Below are positions 59,301 to 64,000 of a DNA stretch of 64,000 nucleotides, one piece after another. The translations under genes and the position numbers were made by a program. How positions within the stretch are numbered: the first letter of the stretch is position 1; each line of letters opens with the position of its first letter. The notes below the pieces were generated by a model that did not search any database, had not been told where the DNA came from, and was given only the letters and a program-made list of their open reading frames with translations. Origin of the DNA: Hydrolagus colliei (taxonomy: Eukaryota); the NCBI GenBank assembly GCA_035084275.1, contig CM068759.1, forward strand, positions 1,054,001-1,118,000, given 5' to 3'.

Positions 59301-60191
59301 AAGGAAAGCGTTCATATCTCTCTGGTAAACCAGGCAACACAGAACTGAGCTGCCACACACACAAAACATGGAAAATAATAGGCAAATACAGAAGAAAAAA
59401 ATCTGAGTGCTTTCTCCTGTTAGGTAAAGTAATTGCTTGCCATTCAATAGGGTTCAGCCTGGAATACGGGAAAGTTCAACAGATATTTAAGGAAGGCAGG
59501 GGAAGATAAGTGAGCAGGTAATGGGAATATCACTGTGTGTAGCCGGATGTTCTCTTCTGAATTTAGTGTTGCAAAATAATAAGCGTAGATGTTATTGCTA
59601 AGACTGCATAGCGTATGACCTTGAAATGATTATTGCTTTAGTTACGGAAAAAAATGTTCGCCCCCCAGCAGGCAACTAATAGGCGTTTGGGATGTTCCCA
59701 TGTTCTTTACATAAAGGCTGAGTATGTTTCCATAGAGATACTGTATACGCAGTAAGTCTGGGTTCCTTGATGCCGAACAGATCTGGAAGAAAGCAGACTG
59801 TTAAATAATGAAAATCAACTGTAGTTATTTTCTTATAGTCCCTGTTCTCGCCGGCAGATCCTCCTTTCGGTAAATGATGGTATGTAAATGTTTGGGGGAG
59901 ATTCTTCTGGGAAACCTTGCTTCCAAATTAAGGCTGAATCAAAGACCGGGACAATCGTATATTTTAAGGCAAATCAGGCTGGGACCAGGTAGAACTTCAG
60001 ACCTCGGGAGGAGGGGGGAGAAAATGGCCCCCTAAAGACAGGTGGGAAATAAAGGTTGACCCAAAAGTTGTGACATGTGGAGTGCTGTAGCTCAGTGGTT
60101 AGAGCGCTCACCTTACAAGTGTGAGACTTGTGTTCGAATCCAGGCAGGTCAGGGCGAAACCTTGGGCAAGTTTCCTTACTCCACACACACA

Positions 60192-60222
<31 letters not shown>

Positions 60223-63200
60223 CACGGCTAATAAGAATCCCTCCAATAAAAACACAATAATAAAATTGGTCATTTCAATCCACGACTGTTTGTGGGGGGG
60301 GAACGCTGCTGTGCTGCAATTGGTTCGCCCCCACAAATATACAGTCAACTCACCTTTTACAGTATATTCTGTGAAGAATATATATTCTGTAAAAAAAAAA
60401 GAGAGAGAGATTTCTATGTAGGATAAGTGAAGGAATCTTATCTTGGGCCACCAGGCCCTTTTTTACTGCCTCCTTTCTGCTTGAAAAAATTGTGTATCGT
60501 TTCTTAAGCCGGTGTTTCAAAGCCATTTTTTTTTGTAATTTATGGTTTCCTCACTGGAGATCAAAACAGGGGGAATGGTTTCAAATCTCCCGATAGTTTT
60601 AACGCAGCCGCAACCTTCAAATGTAACCGCAGCTTAATTGTGCTTCTCTTTCCCCAGATGGCCCCAAGTTTTCTCTGGTTCCCAGTAATCAGGTGGTGGT
60701 GGAAGGAAACGCTGTTGAGTTTTATTGTGGTGCGAAGGGAACCCCGGCGCCAGTCATTGCTTGGACAAAAACAGGTCTTTTATAACTGTGTACATTTTTA
60801 CGACCGCTGACTGATGCAGCACTTTAAGAGATTAATCTGTTCTCGCCGATTCTTTTGAAAAAAAAGCGAATGTGTCTTCGGAGATTGCGCGATTTAAAAA
60901 CCCAACAAGGATTCACGAGTAGTAACTTAGTCGGGCTCGATTGTTGTCAGAAGTTCGCCATTGTGTTAAAAGTTTTAGCCTTGCAGTAAATGCCAACTGT
61001 GATAACGTGTGTCTGGTGTGTGTGTGTGTGTGTGTGTATGAGAGTGAGTGTGTGTGTGTGAGAGAGAGAGAGAGCCTCCTGTTTATTTGAAATCTTGATC
61101 TCGTTAGTTTCTTTTCAAATGCCTTTCTCGTATCTTTAACCGACCGGATCATGAACAAAGAGGCACAAATCTTCTCCATCTGTCGCATTATGTACCACAG
61201 AAAAGCATCCAGAAGTAGAGATAAGCCAAGCCGTTTGCCAAATAAGCTGTCTGGGGTCAAACCACAGTCTCGTTAGCCGCCATAAAAGATCTTTTCTTTG
61301 GGAGCCTAAGTGCTTTTGGCTAAAATTTCTCACCTGTAACGCTTTCATTGGTACAAAATGTGAAGCAATTGAGCAGATCTACTTCTCAATGTCTCACTAG
61401 TTAGTCAATTGAAACCCAGGCAAGCAAATCAAGCGTATAATATGGGAGGAAAGTGTCTGGTGACCTGGGATTTGATATATTTTTTTCCAAAAAAAACACG
61501 AACATTTGAGAAAAGGGAAACAAATACAGAAAGTGTAACTGAAGCAGATAAAGGGGCTTCAATGATCAGGATTTGAGTTTGGAAGAATCAAGGAGGTTTT
61601 TGTGGCGCCAAGAGGAGAAATGTAACAGATGCTTAAACTTTGGCTTTAATTTACTATTTCGATTCAGGTTTTGATTTGCTTCAGAGCACGGCCTCTGTTC
61701 ATTTATGGGTAATTCGCTTTATTTGCAAGTACTCACTTTCAGCTAAACCCTTATGCAAAGTTTTACAACATTGTGAGCTCAAAATCAGTAAGCGGGTGGT
61801 GTGGGGGGTTCGGGGGGGAATGATGATACGTGTGAAATTAAAGACTTGATTTGAACACAACACATTAAGTGAATGATTTTAAATGTGACAAACGTCTTAG
61901 TTAGTTCTCTTTCAAATTTATATTTATTTTCAAATGCCAAAGTTGAACACTGAAAATACATAAATACAGTATATATATAATATTCCTTACATTTGAAGAT
62001 AGTGCCTTATCACAGTTTCAAGATGTCTCAAAGCACGTCACATAATATACCGTTAAGTAAATTGACTGTGTAATATCGTGGGCGGATAGTTCTTGTTAAG
62101 ATGCCACAGTTTCATCTTTCCCTCTCTCCTCGTTTCCATTTCCTTTCAGGTGGACAACTCCCCAACGACCGGAGACATACTGTTTTATCGAGCGGTACGT
62201 TGCGAATAGTGAGGGTGGCTGCCCACGATCAGGGCCAGTACGAGTGCCATGCCATCAGCGTGGTGGGGGCAAGACATGTACCCGTACAACTCACCGTTCA
62301 GCCTCTGGGTAGGAGCTAATTAATCATATGAATAATAATACTTATCATCCTTGCATTTGATAAGAGGGACCTTATAATAAATAAATTGGTCATTTCAATC
62401 CACGGCTGTTTGTGGGGGGGGGGGGGGGGAACGCTGCTGTGCGCGATCGGCTGCCGCGTTTCACCCACAAATATGTACAAGTCAACTCACTTTACAGTAT
62501 ATTCTATGAAGCACTTTGAGATGATGTGAAAAGCGCTATATCACAAATGCAAGGGTGATTATTATGATGATTATTATTATTAACTGAACTCATTAAAACT
62601 TCCTGCGCTCTCTCTCTATCTCCAAAACAGTGACACCCGTGTTCATTCACACACCTCATGACGTAACAAGAGAAACGGGACAGGATGTGGAAATCCAATG
62701 CTCCGCGCACGGTGAACCTGAGCCCATCATCACGTGGACCAAGGTAAGGATTGTTCCTCAGCGAAGAACATGTGTCTCTTGTTTCCTAAGGTACGAGCTT
62801 CGCCACACTGCAACCTTGTGGGAGTCACTCCTACAGCTTCCCCAACCCTTGTGTCAAAAACCACGGAGGCCTAAAGGATAGCGTATTTTCGGGTCAGCGT
62901 AGGAACGGGTACAGGGGTGAAGGGCAGGTAATTGGAGTTGAAGTCCAGATCAGCCGTGGTCTTATAGAATGGCACAACATGTATATGCTCTCCGCGCTCC
63001 GCAGGAAGGAATTTTACCTGTCTCTCTTTCTCTCTCTCTCTCTCTCTGTCTCTCTCTGTCATTTTGAAACAAGCAAAAGAATGGGGGATTATGAGAAAGA
63101 AGTTGATTGGGACATAGTTCAGTCCTGTTCCCACACTGCCTTGTGCCAGAGCTAAAACCTGCGATAATAATAATAATAAATAATCCTTGCATTTCATATT

Positions 63201-63430
63201 CTTATGATTATTTTGTTTAATACTATGGCTATTACATCAACTTATTCCGTATAACTTTATTCCTTGTAACTAGGACGGGGTGCAAATCACGGACAGTGGC
63301 AAATTCTTGGTCAATCCGGAGGGAAACCTGATTGTTCGAGATGTTGGCGAAGCTGATCAAGGCCGATACGAATGCGTTGCCCGTAACCCATTTGGTTTTG
63401 TCTCCAATAACATGCTGTTAACCGTCACCG
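28129..63430 (+). CDS. Peroxidasin-family protein (PXDN/PXDNL-like), exons 1-14: signal peptide, LRRNT, 5 LRR, LRRCT, 4 Ig; peroxidase domain expected beyond window
   Basis: 14 exons (164,72,72,72,72,72,170,118,170,273,117,159,113,157 nt) join in frame with GT-AG junctions; exons 2-14 match the recalled PXDN exon-size pattern; [38 protein letters not shown] and PRITSEPQD are peroxidasin signatures. Exact paralog unresolved. Confidence 0.92.
29230..29505 (+). mobile_element. Old Deu-domain SINE (SacSINE1/AmnSINE1-like core)
   Basis: CCGTCTTTCGGACGAGATGTAAAA...AAAGATCCCATGGCAC.TATT matches the recalled Deu-domain consensus, followed by the shared 3' region and tail. Confidence 0.7.
29505..29790 (-). 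mobile_element. tRNA-derived SINE, tail-to-tail with the Deu SINE
   Basis: Family consensus on the - strand. Confidence 0.82.
30230..30365. mobile_element. Probable Penelope-like element terminal fragment
   Basis: AAAACTGCAGATG.TGG.AAATCTGAAAT...AAAATGCTGGAA...CAGC.GGTCA.GGCAGCAT resembles a repeat recalled from cartilaginous fish; not verified. Confidence 0.45.
30680..31040 (+). mobile_element. tRNA-derived SINE, longer diverged variant
   Basis: Head, extra internal segment (CTCTGTTTACCTAGC...TAGGAACCC), core and tail. Confidence 0.75.
35218..35492 (+). mobile_element. tRNA-derived SINE
   Basis: B box through (TTA)n tail. Confidence 0.85.
38010..38294 (-). mobile_element. tRNA-derived SINE
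   Basis: Head to tail on the - strand. Confidence 0.85.
40490..40952. mobile_element. Nested/rearranged SINE pieces (+ head 40490-40570, - body 40575-40810, + tail 40845-40952)
   Basis: Orientation switches read from the family consensus. Confidence 0.7.
43100..43312 (+). mobile_element. CR1 3' end fragment (second subfamily)
   Basis: TGGAATTCTCTACCCC...GATAGATTT...GATCAGCCATGATCTTATTGAATGGC...GAATGGCCTACTC; related piece at ~62915-62975. Confidence 0.7.
43518..43589 (+). CDS. Peroxidasin-like exon 2 (LRR)
   Basis: 72 nt, [24 protein letters not shown]. Confidence 0.92.
44715..45058 (-). mobile_element. Full-length tRNA-derived SINE with internal (CA)n
   Basis: GGAGCTCCTGTAGCTCAG head, B box, (CA)n, core and tail. 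Confidence 0.88.
47296..47880 (+). mobile_element. 5'-truncated CR1 LINE (ORF2 C-terminus plus 3' UTR)
   Basis: [21 protein letters not shown]...[11 protein letters not shown]...[18 protein letters not shown]...[14 protein letters not shown]; ends in ATTCTATG-type terminal repeat at 47858-47879. Confidence 0.92.
50086..50400 (+). mobile_element. Full-length tRNA-derived SINE
   Basis: Head to tail family consensus. Confidence 0.85.
51200..51865. mobile_element. Head-to-head SINE pair (- 51200-51360; + 51382-51865 containing gap 51465-51660)
   Basis: Family consensus in both orientations. Confidence 0.78.
52365..52585 (+). mobile_element. tRNA-derived SINE lacking tail
   Basis: Head and core sequence. 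Confidence 0.8.
52986..53057 (+). CDS. Peroxidasin-like exon 3 (LRR)
   Basis: 72 nt, [24 protein letters not shown]. Confidence 0.92.
53665..53736 (+). CDS. Peroxidasin-like exon 4 (LRR)
   Basis: 72 nt, [24 protein letters not shown]. Confidence 0.92.
54154..54225 (+). CDS. Peroxidasin-like exon 5 (LRR)
   Basis: 72 nt, [24 protein letters not shown]. Confidence 0.92.
54757..54828 (+). CDS. Peroxidasin-like exon 6 (LRR)
   Basis: 72 nt, [24 protein letters not shown]. Confidence 0.92.
54838..55112 (+). mobile_element. tRNA-derived SINE with expanded (CA)n and internal deletion
   Basis: Head, (CA)n and tail. Confidence 0.8.
55350..55519 (+). CDS. Peroxidasin-like exon 7 (LRRCT)
   Basis: 170 nt, [16 protein letters not shown]...EFNC. 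Confidence 0.92.
56038..56155 (+). CDS. Peroxidasin-like exon 8 (Ig1 first half)
   Basis: 118 nt, [39 protein letters not shown]. Confidence 0.92.
56226..57160. mobile_element. Three SINEs in intron 8 (+ 56226-56410, - 56430-56700, - 56825-57160)
   Basis: Family consensus; the last copy is full length. Confidence 0.82.
57377..57546 (+). CDS. Peroxidasin-like exon 9 (Ig1 second half)
   Basis: 170 nt, ...[26 protein letters not shown]... Confidence 0.92.
58104..58376 (+). CDS. Peroxidasin-like exon 10 (Ig2)
   Basis: 273 nt, [23 protein letters not shown]...AHIIVQ. Confidence 0.92.
60079..60380 (+). mobile_element. tRNA-derived SINE with internal (CA)n
   Basis: A box TAGCTCAGTGG, B box GTTCGAATCC, core. 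Confidence 0.86.
60658..60774 (+). CDS. Peroxidasin-like exon 11 (Ig3 first half)
   Basis: 117 nt, [38 protein letters not shown]. Confidence 0.9.
62150..62308 (+). CDS. Peroxidasin-like exon 12 (Ig3 second half)
   Basis: 159 nt, [19 protein letters not shown]...DQGQYEC. Confidence 0.92.
62375..62582 (+). mobile_element. SINE 3' half
   Basis: Core and tail. Confidence 0.8.
62631..62743 (+). CDS. Peroxidasin-like exon 13 (Ig4 first half)
   Basis: 113 nt, [10 protein letters not shown]...[15 protein letters not shown]. Confidence 0.92.
63274..63430 (+). CDS. Peroxidasin-like exon 14 (Ig4 second half)
   Basis: 157 nt, [11 protein letters not shown]...[11 protein letters not shown]...LTVT. 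Confidence 0.92.
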
Positions 63431-63559
63431 GTAGGTGTTCCCGTTGACTGAGAAACCCACGTGCCGTATTAAGAGAGGCGGATATAACATCGTAAGTCCC
63501 GGGAAACGACACAAACCGATATTTTTTCTTCACCGATTCTTACCTCACCACACGCTACG

Positions 63560-63930
63560 CTCGGTAGTGAAATTGAGTCGTTTCGATCCGCGGCTGTTTG
63601 CGGGGGACGCTGCTGAGTGCAATTGGCTGCCGCGTTTCGCCCACCAACACACACAAAACAATTCAATTACGGAATATTCTGTGAAGCGCTTTGAGACGTC
63701 TAGGAGACATGAAAAGCGCTACATCAAATGGAAGGATTATTATTATTATTATTATTACACATTCAAGGCAGTTAGCATCTTGTGATAATAATATGTAATT
63801 CATGTTGTTGTTGTAATAATATTACTAACCTTTATATTCGATAGAGCGCCTTATCACATCCTCAAGACGTCTCCAAGCGCTTCACAGAATATACACTGTA
63901 AGTTGAATTTACCCTGTGTTTTGTGGGCGG
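63560..63930. mobile_element. Tail-to-tail SINE fragments (+ 63560-63755, - 63830-63930)
   Basis: Core and tail sequence in opposite orientations. Confidence 0.75.
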
Positions 63931-64000
63931 AATGCAATCCTGTTAGACTATAGATGCTGAACAGGGATCGTAAGCGTATAAGCATCCTCTGCGAATGTCT

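Noticed and set aside
60079-60150. tRNA genes (cloverleaf-like heads with TAC at the anticodon position; also 16140-16211, 44985-45058, 57090-57160)
   Set aside because: No acceptor stem or poly-T terminator; each continues into the SINE body, so these are SINE heads.

Overview
Vertebrate nuclear DNA, most likely a cartilaginous fish (holocephalan/elephant-shark-like, inferred from the repeat families and compact introns). Three intron-containing genes lie in tandem on the + strand: the last five exons of MYT1 (6080-9829), a complete PCMTD2 (CDS 21215-25744, 361 aa, candidate CpG-rich promoter and non-coding exon 1 at ~16930-17751) and the first 14 exons of a peroxidasin-family gene (28129-63430, continuing past the window). 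Exons were defined by hand from GT-AG junctions and frame continuity. Introns carry >30 copies or fragments of a tRNA-headed, Deu-domain-related SINE, plus L2-like tails, CR1 3' fragments, microsatellites and three assembly gaps. The most notable point is the MYT1-PCMTD2-peroxidasin triplet. Human has ST18-PCMTD1-PXDNL and MYT1L-PXDN but, as far as I recall, no peroxidasin after MYT1-PCMTD2, so this may be a third peroxidasin ohnolog. Nothing prokaryote-like (CRISPR, operons) and no clearly new biological system is visible. All comparisons to known sequences are from memory, not from searches.
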